Below the pieces are notes generated by a model. The model was not told where the DNA came from. It made no database searches and saw nothing but the letters and a program-made list of their open reading frames with translations. Position numbers and translations under genes: made by a program. A stretch of DNA of 64,000 nucleotides from Lepidodermella squamata (taxonomy: Eukaryota; Animalia; Gastrotricha), in assembly GCA_047495785.1 (NCBI GenBank), contig JBLDXI010000020.1, positions 2,170,001 through 2,234,000 of the forward strand, given 5' to 3'. Below are positions 39,346 to 51,731 of the stretch, in pieces; position 1 is the first letter of the stretch, and each line of letters opens with the position of its first letter.

Positions 39346-41864
39346 AAAAAATCAGGAGAAGAAGATTTTCCTTATAATTCTCGTAATAATAATGTATTAA
39401 TTAAATATCAAGCGTTTAGCGCTCAGCAATCTGAAGTATATATAGCAAACTGATTATAATCGGAGACTCGAAGTGATCAGTAATTTTGCCAACTATTAGA
39501 CACCTATATAGGGTATAGGGTAATAAAAAGTATTGAGGCCGTTGTTTTCTCTCTTCCATTCTGGGGCACCTCTGAGCTCTAACCTCCTTAATATCGTATA
39601 TAATCGGTATAATATCGGTATAATATCGCTTAAATTGTAACTTTTGGGTCGGTTTCTAAAAAACAAGGTTTTTAAGGATGAGAGGTTTGGAGGTTGTAAG
39701 AAACCTATAGATTCCTAACTTGAGATCGAGCTTAGATGAAATGAGATCAGCCAAAAAGGGGGTGCCAAGTGCGCACTCTATATTATTTAAGATTCCAGCA
39801 CCAAATGTCCCCAAAATATGGTTTTTTTCGAATTTCTAGTCTCCACTAAGGATCTCAATTTTTTTTCATGCCTAACCGATAGACCTATTAAGCGGTCAGT
39901 TTACGAATTGTACTTCAGCCTGCAGAGCCTATATCGATTCCAAGTATCAATTTTACAAATCAGTGATTTTCCCGATATCAGCCGTCTTGGAACCAAACAT
40001 CGATAATTTTTTAAGTGGCTCATGGCACCGTTTACTTTCCCACCGAAATTGTCAGCGGTTTTCAAGATTTAGCTGCGACCCATGGCGTTCCGCGCTTTTC
40101 TTGTGAGTAGGCAGTCTTAAATTCTATGTCCGCAACTGATTCTTTGATTTCAAAGGGTGTTTGTCAGTTTGTCAGTGTGTCTGAATCACCTCAATTCGGG
40201 CGAATTAATCTTTATTCTATTAAATTACGCTCGTTGGCAAACAGACATGTTTCAAATGGCTAATTGAGTTGCTGTAAAATCTAGTACTAATAATATTGCC
40301 TTGCTATATCTCATCTTCAACACATGGGGGCGTATGTTGGAACCTTCCTTATGTTGGATTAAGGTTTAAGGTTTAAGTTTTCCTCTCATTTCCAAAGCAA
40401 CCATTGTTGCGTATTGGGACTCACCATTGTTCGCGTATATAAAATGGAGCAATAGAAGAAAATTCCTATGTTCGATTAAAAAACCTATTTACAAATGAGA
40501 GAAAAGTTGCAGGTTTTAGAGGATTTAACCGCTAAACCTGGTTTAAACTCAGAATTTTTCAAACCATGTACGAGGAGGTTTACAAAAAACGGGTATTACG
40601 GCCCAACCGGCGGATGGCGCGTCTTATAGCGCGTCTTATAGCGCCATTGCTCGATGGCGCGGAATTCAAAATTTCGAAAAGTTGAAAGTGCGTTATGATA
40701 TTTTCATTCCAATATTATCAGTAAAAAATCTAAATTTTCGGCTGTAATATTACTCGCAATATTTCTCGACGGTCCCGACTATTTCGTTTGCGATCGGTCA
40801 ATGATAAACGTTTTCTGCGTTGAATTTATCGCAAAATAGTTATTATTCAATATTACAATATTTCAATATAATTGGCGAACTAATTTTTCCCCGCTCAGGA
40901 CCGCTGAAAAATTATTATTTCAGGCATTGCATTGTTATATATAATATTATAATATAATATAATATTATAATATTATTGTCCCCAATCCGCCCCGTATGCC
41001 AATTTATAAATCAAATTAAATTGCCCCAGTTTATTTTGTTACGCTCAGGTCATTCGAGCTGAAGTAAGAAATGAGGTTAAGAATTTTAGAGACATAAACA
41101 ATATTTCGTAATCATAATGGAAGGTATCAGGTGGGTTTTCATTGGGTTTTCAGCCCAGTTGACCGAATTCCTGAAGCGCTGGATTTCGCCATGATGCACC
41201 GGTATTCACTAATATCTAACCGATTACGATTATACTGATTACCTGTGTACGTCTTCGAGGCACAAAAATAGACTAGCTTCAGATCAGCTGCAGATTTCAT
41301 GAATTTTAGGCCATTCATGCCCAACTACATTTTTTGAGAAGAATAATGCAAAAAAATTCAAAATTCAACAGAAGCTTAATTCACCTGAACAATAATAGCT
41401 AGGTGGCCATGAATTCGCCCCAGCTCAATGGCAAATTCAGAGAGAACTTTTGCCAATTCGCATGATAGTTGAAAAATACTTCTCGCGAGAACTAGAAATG
41501 ACGAACTGAATTGGCAATTGGCATGGTGCAGCAACGCGGCCGCCTTGTCTCATTGTTTCGCAACTATGGGTTGTCCCTTTTTTCCAGGGCATATCTACTG
41601 ATGAAATGATTTTAAAATTATTTCAAATTCAAGCATGGAGATTCATGTTCTTATAATTAATGCTTCGTTGCCTCGTTGACATGGCTCCTCGGTGGTGTTT
41701 GCGAGAAGCCATTATAATTCAGTCGTCTCATCGTTGGCGGAAAATGTTTTCATCAAAATTCAAGGCTAGCTAATTTACAAAGAAAATAGTCCTCGGTCCT
41801 GATCGTCCAGCCTTGCCTCCGGTAGGCCGTCGAGATTCTAAACGTGTATAATTCCTGAATCATT

Positions 41865-42786
41865 TAGAGGACCCCGCCCTAATTTCGGCCACTTCCTAAA
41901 TTCGGCCGCTGCGTCCTAACTTCGGCCACCGGCCGAAATTTGGACACGAAGTGCTGTGCAGCAGTTTTATTTGCACGCAATTCAAGAACTTTGCATTGTT
42001 GGGCCCATCTGTTTCATGATTTTTCAAGCACGTGATCGCAAAAAAATAATTCTAAATGCGAGCGAGCGGGCTTATGTCGCTTCTCGAGTGCTCAGTTACC
42101 GCTACTTTGCAGGTATAATTTACCTGAAACTGGCTCTTTAGAATTTACTGCTTTCACCTCAATAATTACCAGCTAAACGCCAGCTTCATTTTGGTATAAA
42201 GTATTCTATCTAAAACCACCCAGGTGAAGAGATCCAGAGGGCCAATTTGAGGGTTTGATTCCAAAAATTAGCAGTCAATAGGGGAATTGAATTCGGGAAA
42301 ACAAAATCAATACTCTCATTCTACAGAAGGCAAGGGATTTTTTAGATATTTTTCCAGAATTTTAGAAAGTCAACCGGAGTTAGGCTATTAGGTAGAAAAC
42401 AAGTTATCAAACTTGTACCTATCAAAACAAGTTTGAGTTTCAGGCATCACGTCGTCGAGGAAAAGCTCACAGGTGAAGCAACAAAGGCGGTTTTTATAGT
42501 CAGCTTTTTGAGACAAATCTAACGATACCAAACTTATGGTATTAGTGTACCTGGATGAGGTGGCCGAAATTAGGGCACCCCGCTCCCTAATTCCGGCCGG
42601 GTGTCTGGGTGACTAAAAAATTAGCCATAAATCAAGGTAAAATCGTCCGGACTTGCGGAAAGCGGCATTCGATAGCCTAATAACGCCTCTTTAATTCTGC
42701 TTATGCCGAATATTTTCTAAAAATTTACCTGGCTGGCAAAGTCGGAAAAACCTGAAAAGCGGCCGAAATTAGGGCGGGGTCCTCTA
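41865..42786. mobile_element. TA-flanked non-autonomous DNA transposon (Tc1/mariner/pogo-type)
   Basis: Perfect inverted termini TA-GAGGACCCCGCCCTAATTTCGGCC ... GGCCGAAATTAGGGCGGGGTCCTC-TA, with internal CCTAA.TTCGGCC subrepeats. Confidence 0.9.
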
Positions 42787-43486
42787 CCTAGTTATTTTTT
42801 CATATTGACACCGCGGAAGAATGCTGCTGAAAAACTTAATCGTTCCATAATATTCTATAATCTCACTTGCTTCTTGCAGATGACACATTGAAAATTAAAA
42901 AGGGACGATTCGACAATTGGTTTTAGAAATTATATAGGACAACACTAGAAAAGTGTCCCGGAGTAATTGGATTTTTAGAAAGATCTCGGCTCAAGTTTTA
43001 GCCTAACTTAGGAAAGGATACGGAAAGTTTAAGCTAGATTCCAACATACCTCCCATGGTTACGAGTGACAAGTAGAACACACCAGCCAATTTATTAAGCG
43101 AATGACATGGTCGAGCAGACGTTGGAAATTATCCGCAAGCCTGCGGATTTTGGCATGGACACCAAAGTGTCGTAGCATTTCAGGGAGAAATGAAGAATTT
43201 TTTCTCAATTCTAGACAATAACAAAGCGTTAGAAATGTTTCGCTTTAATGCGGCGATCATCACTGAACCGTGTGTATCTCGCTCTGCGTCATTAATCGCT
43301 AATCTGAAGGGAAAAATCTAACCCGCTATAATTTTGTCACCAGAAGTTATTGAAACACACCAAAGGTCTACTACGCGAATAGATGACAAGCGTTTAGATT
43401 TTAATTGACAGGTTGGTCTATCATTTCCTATATAATTCTAACCTTTCTACCCAGCAATATCATTACAATCAGCTCTCGATAAAGAA

Positions 43487-43819
43487 ATGGCTACATCAAC
43501 CCTGCTTGCCTTCCTTATGGCTCTCATTTTCTGCAATTCCTTCGCGTTACCAGTCGGAAAAGCTGAGGCGGAAGCTCCGACTACGGAAGAACCAGCCAAC
43601 GACGATGTATCTCTAACCTTTCAACAAGTCATCAGAAGCATGCGCCTTCTCGAGGACGATGAGCTTATGGAACTTCTCTTCCTGGCCGAAAATTCGCTGG
43701 AAACCATGACGAGGGCAAAATGTTCCAGCAGCTGCTCAACCAAGGCTTTGATTCAAGAATGCACCGACCAACCAGCTCTAGAAAGGACCTATTTCCTCGA
43801 AGAAAATTGCGCTGAATAA
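43487..43819 (+). CDS. Small secreted 4-Cys protein P1 (unrecognised family)
   Basis: Signal peptide MATSTLLAFLMALIFCNSFA, acidic helix LLEDDELMELL, C-terminal CSSSC-x8-C-x7-RTYFLEENC. TATA-like CCTATATAA upstream. Confidence 0.8.
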   Translation: MATSTLLAFLMALIFCNSFALPVGKAEAEAPTTEEPANDDVSLTFQQVIRSMRLLEDDELMELLFLAENSLETMTRAKCSSSCSTKALIQECTDQPALERTYFLEENCAE

Positions 43820-43887
43820 CTCATATTATCTAGTGAAATTTTGAATTTTTTATTTTGAAAGTGCTTCGAGATTTAAGCGTTGAATCT

Positions 43888-45968
43888 TCATTTCAGTTCT
43901 CCTTTTGGGACAGTAAAACTCTCGACGAATCTGATTATTTGAAGGCCTTCCTCTTGTTTCTTACTGCCATAGGCTAGATCTAAAATAGACCGGCCACAGC
44001 CATCCTTAGCCAACTTCATATCAGGATAGTCCTGTAGAAATATTTTCACGATTTCGAACCTTCCATTAGCAGCGGCTAAATGAATAGGCAGTTGTTCGCA
44101 ATCGAATGAATTACTCCTGGCGCGAGGATTTGCACCCATATGCATGAGCCTTTTAACCAGGTATAGGTACCCTTTCGACGCAGCTTGGTGCAGAGGGGTC
44201 CGGGCGAAGCTGTCCTGGCGTAAATTGACGTCTAACCCAATGTCGTTGATCAAATACTCGACGATTTCAGGGCGATTATTCAGTGTGGCCACGTGGAGTA
44301 TTCGATCGCCGTCGAAATCGCCCATATCGATTAAGGTGGGTTCGTGTTGTAGCAGGTATTTCACCACATCGAGATGACCCATAGCTGCTGCCCAATGAAT
44401 CGGCAAATAGTTGTGGTCCTTTCTATGATCAGCCTATAAAATCATCGAAATTAAAAAAATTACCCAAAAAAATAACCGCCTGGAATGTGAAGAAAAATGC
44501 GTTGATGTCAAAGGGATACTTCTGAAACCTGGCGGTTTTGATGCCAAAATAAAATTCAGAAAAATTCACAAGAAAACTATCGGAAAAAATACGCGCGCAC
44601 TAATTTTGCGCGCCTAAATAGAGCAGGGGAGGGTAATTTTGGTCAAAAATTGTTTTTCGAGGATCTCAATTCAAAAAATCAATTATTTTCGCTACAAACG
44701 TGTGTAATGTGAGCCCAGATTTATTGGAGAATTTTGGTGATTTTAAAATTTTATCCCGATTTTTAGATATATATGAAGGGCGTCCCAAATCGATATTATT
44801 TGAGTTGCCTTGCTTATAATAATTCTTAAAAATCAAGTATTGCTCCAATCACCTTGGGACTTGCGCCATTCGAAAGCTCAAGAAGCGGGGAATTTTGCGC
44901 AAAAATTCCTGTGTTTTTATTGTTCAGCGTTACAAAGCTATTAACGTGCAAAGCCGAAGTGTCCAATATTACCTTGTCCTTAATTATCCCGCAATATGAT
45001 AGTTAACGCACATTTTATTATGCACGTACATTTTTTCAGATTTTTTTTTTCGAGTGAGAAAAATACATTCAATCGATAGAGAATTTTCTGAATTTTATTC
45101 TGGTATAAAAACCGCCAGGTTATTCGAAAGTAGCCCTTTGACATCATCGCGCGCAATTTTGCTCACTTTTCCAGGTCAGCAAATGAGCGAAAAAAATCGA
45201 CTTACGTGGGCGAATACATCGGACCCCCTGTCCACAAGTAATTTAACGATTTCTAACGACCCACTTATGCACGCCTCGTGGAGCGGAGTCCGTGAGTACC
45301 GACTTTCCAGTAATCCGACTGACATTCCTTTATTGATCAGGAGTAGTACAATGTCCCGATGGGCCCATCTCGCAGCTTCATGAATCGCCATCGCCCCGCC
45401 GTAGTCGTCGTTACTCCTCGCGTATAAATTCGCCTCGTGATTGATGAAAAATTTGACCAAATTAAGGTGGCCATGCTCAGCGGCCAGATACAACGGCGTT
45501 CGGTCGTAAATTCCGTCCCGTAATTCGATTAACAGCGGTTTTTCGAGATTGATCAAATACTCGACAACTTCGGCTGAATTTTCGATCACAGCCTCGTGGA
45601 TTGGGGTCAATTTTGCGTGGTTTTCAGAGGTCAGTAGGTTCTTCATGGCTGGTAATAATGTTTTCATCGCGGTTAATTGGTTGAATCGAGCTGCTCGATG
45701 TAAAGGGTTGTCCCCATTGCTGCCTTCTAGAGTCGCCCAAGCAGTTTCATCCGACAGCTGATTTTTCGGGATTTTTTTCAAAATTTCCCGAATAATTGAT
45801 AACGACGAATTTTCAGCCGCAGATAACAATAATTTAAGCTAAAATTAATTGATTATTTTTTTGTCAAAAATTAAAACAATCCGGATTTACCTGTGATGTA
45901 GGAATTTCTTCTCCTTTAGCCAAGATTTTTAGAAGAATTGTCAAAGAAATAGTCACTTTAACCAGCAT
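43888..45968 (-). CDS. Ankyrin-repeat protein (~9-10 repeats, 3 exons) with an apparent N-terminal signal peptide
   Basis: Exon 1 MLVKVTISLTILLKILAKGEEIPTSQ|gtaaat. Exons 2-3 carry repeated TPLH.AA..G...IVK.L motifs (NPLHRAA, TPLYLAA, TPLHEAC, TPLHQAA). Confidence 0.88.
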
Positions 45969-46352
45969 TATTGTTGAATTTACGCGAAAAATTGTGCGAA
46001 TGAAAGGGTAGCTTTTATTTTCTCGCTTCACTCATGCTTTTCTTTCGTTGCCTCCCTTTCAACAGCCGTGAATGCTTTTATTGAACTTTTAGTTGAAAGG
46101 GCAAAATTTGAGGTCGCAATGTCGGTGGGCTATTTTCGATTCGGGAATAATTTTATTAATTTTGACTGATTTTTATACGAGCTGCCAAGGTGACGTCTTT
46201 GAACTGTTATTTGTTTCCGCCAACTCAGGCGTAGTGAGAAGGGAACATTGCTAATGAGCGGATACATGCTTGAATATAAGGAAACATTCCTATAAATAAT
46301 AATAATGCGTGATTTCGTTCATTAAAAATCGACTATAAAAAGGGCGGAAAAA

Positions 46353-46742
46353 ATGGCCATGGCGAGTCATATTATTTTTCTTCGGAGTACCCGCGCTATG
46401 CCCTTTTCTGCGTCAATAATTTTTATTGCCCTAGCCATACTGGCTACTCATTGCTTATTCACATCGAAAGTCTCAGCGGGTAGGATAAATGTTAGATCTT
46501 CGATGAAGCCGCTAGACCTGCGAAATTTGAGCGACAACGATTTGACGTCACTTCTCGGCGATTTGTCGTCGTGGATGGAGGATAATCTGAAATCGGAGAC
46601 GCTAGCAGCTTGTACGGCGTGTTTTAATAAGAAGAAGACAATGATGATGCGGTGCAAATATCTGCCGGTCATGGCTCGACTCGATCTGCTCGATATTCAC
46701 AACTGCAAACTAGACATCAAGGATCAACAATTACTTATGTGA
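46353..46742 (+). CDS. Small secreted 4-Cys protein P2 (true start probably the ATG of MPFSAS at 46398)
   Basis: Hydrophobic leader, LRNLSDNDLTSLL, ACTACF-x9-CKYLPVMARLDLLDIHNC. Confidence 0.82.
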   Translation: MAMASHIIFLRSTRAMPFSASIIFIALAILATHCLFTSKVSAGRINVRSSMKPLDLRNLSDNDLTSLLGDLSSWMEDNLKSETLAACTACFNKKKTMMMRCKYLPVMARLDLLDIHNCKLDIKDQQLLM

Positions 46743-47449
46743 AGTGTGAAGAAACATTATAACCTTATTATTTATTTTCGATTAAATAATATATATTCAG
46801 CTTTCAGCTATAGATGAGTGAAATAAAATTTGCGCTGATTATTAGGTCACTAGAAGGCCTTTGATGAATTGAGCATGACTCATGTGTTAAAAATTCTCAG
46901 TTTTGGTAAATATTTTGATTAAATCGTCTATTTATAAACGAATCGAATTCCAGACAAAATGTTTATTGTCCGATGCTAAAAATGGTCATTGATTTTCTGA
47001 AAATATTTCTCTAATCTCATCGAAACAACATTGAATTATTTTCCTACTTTAAATGACATTTTATTCGAAGATCACATTTCTAAATTCATTCTCAGGGCTT
47101 CCTAATATAGGAAAGAATTTAGTTCATCGTTGTTGTTTTGTTAATCGGTGGGATTATGAGTATGATCCTACTGGACCCGCCGAACCTTGACCATCACAGG
47201 TGAGAGTGCCGTGACCTCAATAATGTCTCAAATTTTACGCGCAGTTTCCTGAATGTGCGCTTTTATGGGCTCCTAATCAAAGGATATTTTTGCTGCCTTT
47301 CAAATTGAAAATGAGCACTAGAAAGCCGGAATTTAACTTCCTTTCTACTGGAACTGACTATAGCGCGATTGAACCACGCAGTAGACGTGCCTTTGATTCC
47401 GACAAAATTTCTCCTCACTATTTACAATTTTTTTAAGATAGAAGCTATT

Positions 47450-47854
47450 ATGTCACTGCGAATAACAGCAATATTATTTATTGCCATATTTTTCATCGAA
47501 ATCAACGACCTTCAAGCAGGCCGGGCTTCGAAAGACGACCCAGCCTATCGAGCGAGTGTTTTCTCCAAAAAAACGACCCGACCGCCTAAAATGAGCGACG
47601 CGCCTGCGAATAATTCTCCGGCAGGGGCGAAGCACTTTTCGAAACTCGGCGCCGATAATACAGTCGGTATCACGGCCGATCACGGTAGTATCACGTCATT
47701 CCTGTCCGAACAAGGTGTCGAGAAGAAGCTGCGAACAGAAATTGCTTGCGCGAAATGCTTCGGCAAGGCCAAGAGGCTGCTCATCAAAAAGTGCATGTAC
47801 CTGCCTCAATTGTCGAGAATCGAACTATTGAAACACAACGGCTGTGAGTACTAA
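47450..47854 (+). CDS. Small secreted 4-Cys protein P3
   Basis: MSLRITAILFIAIFFIEINDLQAG signal peptide; ACAKCF-x10-CMYLPQLSRIELLKHNGCEY. Confidence 0.82.
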   Translation: MSLRITAILFIAIFFIEINDLQAGRASKDDPAYRASVFSKKTTRPPKMSDAPANNSPAGAKHFSKLGADNTVGITADHGSITSFLSEQGVEKKLRTEIACAKCFGKAKRLLIKKCMYLPQLSRIELLKHNGCEY

Positions 47855-48638
47855 CTTATAATTGACTATATTTAAGGCTGATTTATCGCGAATCTATGAA
47901 CCGTTCAGAGAAAATAAAACGATCTTAAGGAAAAATCTGAATAATATTATTTTGTAGTCTCAATGCGCTTTCCACTCTCTGCTGGATAAGAAATACAAAA
48001 AATCGAACACATTTTTAAGCAGAGCAGGGCATCTACCTAAGTGTTATGTGCAGAATAGGGTAAAATTTGGAAGGGTTTCTCATGGAGCCAAAGTGGGACC
48101 CTCTTAACCACCCACCGTCTCCACCCGGGCCAAACCCGTCACGTTGGGATTCCCACTATCCCATTCCTGATTTCTCAATGATGAGAAGTTACCACTCGAC
48201 CCGTCTTGAAATTGCAGAGCAATTTCCCACGCATAGCTAGATTTTTTCTTATTTAAATTTAATTTCTTCCTATTTCGAAACCTCATTTCAAGCTTATTTC
48301 ATGGGCGAATCAAGGGGACCGAGCCGGTGAATATGCAAATGAGGACCACAAATTAATAATTAATTGTGGAATGTTAAAAGTTTATCCTGACGCGTTACAT
48401 CCTAATTCATTAAGATGGCGTAGAATATAGCCTTGCGCACCTTGGATAATTGTCTGATTCACGTGTTTATATTGCTAATAATAGAACTACACCTGTTTTT
48501 CTCGCAAAACTCAGCTAATTTTTCGTTATAACACGTCGCGCCTAATTCCTCTCCCACTTCATACATAGTCTGTGGGCTGCAATGAAGACGATCAGATTTT
48601 AGTACGAAAAACATTTTAATCTGAAAATCGCTTGAGAT

Positions 48639-48968
48639 ATGGATTTCGGTTACTTAATCCTAATGTTACTCTTCGTATCCGGCTCATACACCCGACCGAG
48701 TTTTGTGCTGGAAAGGGTGAAATGGGCGAAGGCTTTCGACAACAGCCATACGGTCTCCCACGACCAGACAGATTCGCCCTCTTTCACTGGGGAAGAAATT
48801 TCCAGTTTGCGAAGTGATATCGATGCTGCGTTGCTTCAAAGCGAACGAAGCTTGAAAGCGTGTTCGAAATGCTTCAAACGATTCAGCCAACGTTTGCTGG
48901 CCAAGTGTAAATACCTGCCTGTCATGTCGCGGCTTGATTTTTTAGAGCTCTACCAATGCGAGTTTTAA
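48639..48968 (+). CDS. Small secreted 4-Cys protein P4
   Basis: MDFGYLILMLLFVSGSYT signal peptide; ACSKCF-x10-CKYLPVMSRLDFLELYQCEF; AATAAA just after the stop. Confidence 0.85.
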   Translation: MDFGYLILMLLFVSGSYTRPSFVLERVKWAKAFDNSHTVSHDQTDSPSFTGEEISSLRSDIDAALLQSERSLKACSKCFKRFSQRLLAKCKYLPVMSRLDFLELYQCEF

Positions 48969-51221
48969 TTACTAAATAAAATGGCTTAAAAATAATAGAA
49001 AATTGGGACATTTTCATTCTTTTTTCCACTCAGTTGTCTCGCTATAAAATCCATTACCAATTTATTTGTCCGCAGCCTAAAATAAATATGTTCAACTTTG
49101 GACGAGAAAGAGTTCGGACAAGGTGAATAGACCTGCACAGACGTCTATTTTGCGATTTCGGAATTGACAAGCTGTTTTTTGGATGTCATATTGAGTGTAC
49201 CTGGCATTTCAGGGCACAGACCTATAATCCAATGTTTTCGATTTCCGAAGCAAAACTGCTCAACCGCTAATAACATTGCGATAAGTCAGGAGGATAATTG
49301 GTCCGTGAACATTTCCGAGTCTGCAGTTTCGCCTCGTCTGCCGCGTGCACTCAGTGGGGCAAATGTCTGTAAGGGCAAAGTAGCTAATAAAAATGAGTTA
49401 CCATAATAGGGCCCCAGAAAAGCTTTACAAGTTGAGGCTGCAGTACTTCAGGGCAATACCTGGCTATACCTGGTGCCCAATATATATGTCGTACCGTTTT
49501 AAGCGATCCTCCCAAAAGGCAATTGGGATAACTCATGAGGCAATATGCCCAAGATGGATATATCAGATATCAATAATTGACGATATCTAGAAACTCCGAA
49601 TATTTTCTCCTGTAGCCTAAAAAGGTTGCTCACTGATTAAATTCCTAACTCAGTGGGTTGCTTGACATATAATGAAGCTTTCCCATAGTTCAAGCGCCAA
49701 AAACCGACAAATTATCATAGTTGGCAGCTGAAACTTTTGCTGAACCTTCCAGGTTCAAGATAATGATCTTAGTTCCGACTGATTAATTTCGTAATCTGAA
49801 GCAATTAATCAGTCTAAAAAGTAAACCCAACCCCCTAGTTCACTTAAATCGGATTTCATGGAGGTTGAAAGAGTCTCTAGGATCAACTTCTGTGGAAAAA
49901 AAAGAATCCGAAATGTCAAGCTAGGTGAACATACTAGAACTGGGGAACCGGAATTGAGACTGCTAGGGTTGACATCCTTTAAGGAAATATAAATTTGAGT
50001 ATTATTTGAAATTTCCAGCCATTAATGCCGAAAAATGATAATAAGTAGAGAATAAATTGAAAATACCACGATTATCGGTCATCGATTTATCGTTTGGGAA
50101 ATAATGATTTTGGGAATTATTAATTTGCTTAAAAAGTGGATTTTTAGAGCAATTTCTCTGTAACCCAATTGCCAATTGGGGCGGATTGCTCATAACGGTA
50201 CGACATATATAAAGACTTCCATTGTTACACTAGAAACCAATCAGAGAGTAATTTTCCCTAATCGATATCCGGGGTCAGGTTTATACGTGTTAATAACTCA
50301 TAAATCGACCACTCTTCTAGCACAAATTACGCGTAATAATCTTTAATCGTGAGATTTAACGATTGGCCATAAAAATGAAAAATTGAGATTCCAAGAAAGC
50401 GTGAAACTTGAAGATCGATCTAGCCTTGGAGCTTGAACCATCACATTAACATTTAAACGTCAGGTTTTTTGGGGGATTTTCACAAAGCCTCAGCAAAATC
50501 ACGAACAATTTCATTTTATAGCGACAATCACCGGGTCATGCCTATTACAAAAGTTTCTAGCTGATATACCGTCAACAATCTGTTGATTCTTCAAGTTGTC
50601 AAATTTTAAGATTTTGCAGCTTTTTGTGGAAAACGGAGGATTCAAGAATCAAGTCTATCGGCCCAAGTCATCTTGAAATCATTATTTAAACGTCTGGGTA
50701 TCAAACGTTTAGTATTAGCGTCGAAAATAAGCTAGGCAGATCTGGCCTTGAAGCCAATATATTTATTTCCTGGACTCGCTTGAAGCTGAACGCTGATTAT
50801 TCATGCCCCTAAAGTACTATACACTGTACAGCGGCTATAGTAGCTTCCACAGCGAACAAAATAAAAGCGGAAGTTGTAATAAAAGTGTTAATTTGGTTCA
50901 CATTATTTGATAATTTTTCGATGATTTTTTAAATCGAAATCAGTGCAGCCAGGCGCAACCCAACGGACCGTCAAAAATTAAAGTATCGCTGCACCATTTA
51001 CAGACAACATGTCAACCTATAAGCGCGTCAATTCCCAGGTGAACGAACGTCACCCTGTTTTGCTTGATACTCATCATCTTTGTCTCGATATCAGGGCTCT
51101 TACGATTCGAGCGTGAACTATGTAAACTAAGTGTCTTACCTTAATTTTACTTAAAATACCCATCGCAGCGCAACTCTTTATCACTCATTTTTCAAATTTC
51201 CACGTAAAAGAAACGAATTAT

Positions 51222-51539
51222 ATGAACACGCACTATTTTGTCGCGATTTTCTTGAATATTTTCCTCGCGCTTTCGTATTCAACTTTGGCGAATGAAACTA
51301 ACAACAGCGATTCTGATACGCAGCCGCCAATTATGTCGAGCCTGAAAAAGCTATCAGACGAAGATATCGAGTCCGTGCAGCTTAACCTGGCCGATTGGCT
51401 GCAGAAAAACATGAAAGAACAAACGGCGGTGGCGTGTTCGAAATGTTTCGCTGGCAAGCGGCGGCTCGTTCGAAAATGCAAATACCTACCTGTCATCTCA
51501 CGCATGGATTTCCTCGAATTTCACGAATGTTCAGTCTGA
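51222..51539 (+). CDS. Small secreted 4-Cys protein P5
   Basis: MNTHYFVAIFLNIFLALSYSTLA signal peptide; LKKLSDEDIESV; ACSKCF-x9-CKYLPVISRMDFLEFHECSV; AATAAA after the stop. Confidence 0.85.
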   Translation: MNTHYFVAIFLNIFLALSYSTLANETNNSDSDTQPPIMSSLKKLSDEDIESVQLNLADWLQKNMKEQTAVACSKCFAGKRRLVRKCKYLPVISRMDFLEFHECSV

Positions 51540-51731
51540 AATAAAATAAAAATGTTCCTACTAGCTATATATAATTGGTTTTTAATAAAAATTCGATAAT
51601 AAAAAGCCGCCGGGGTGTAAACAATAATTGAAAATTGTATAGCGGCTATTAAATTAATATAATAGGATATCCGGGTGCGTGAGAGCGATACTTTCTCGCC
51701 GCAGTGGCTATACTCTTCAACAAGTACTTGA

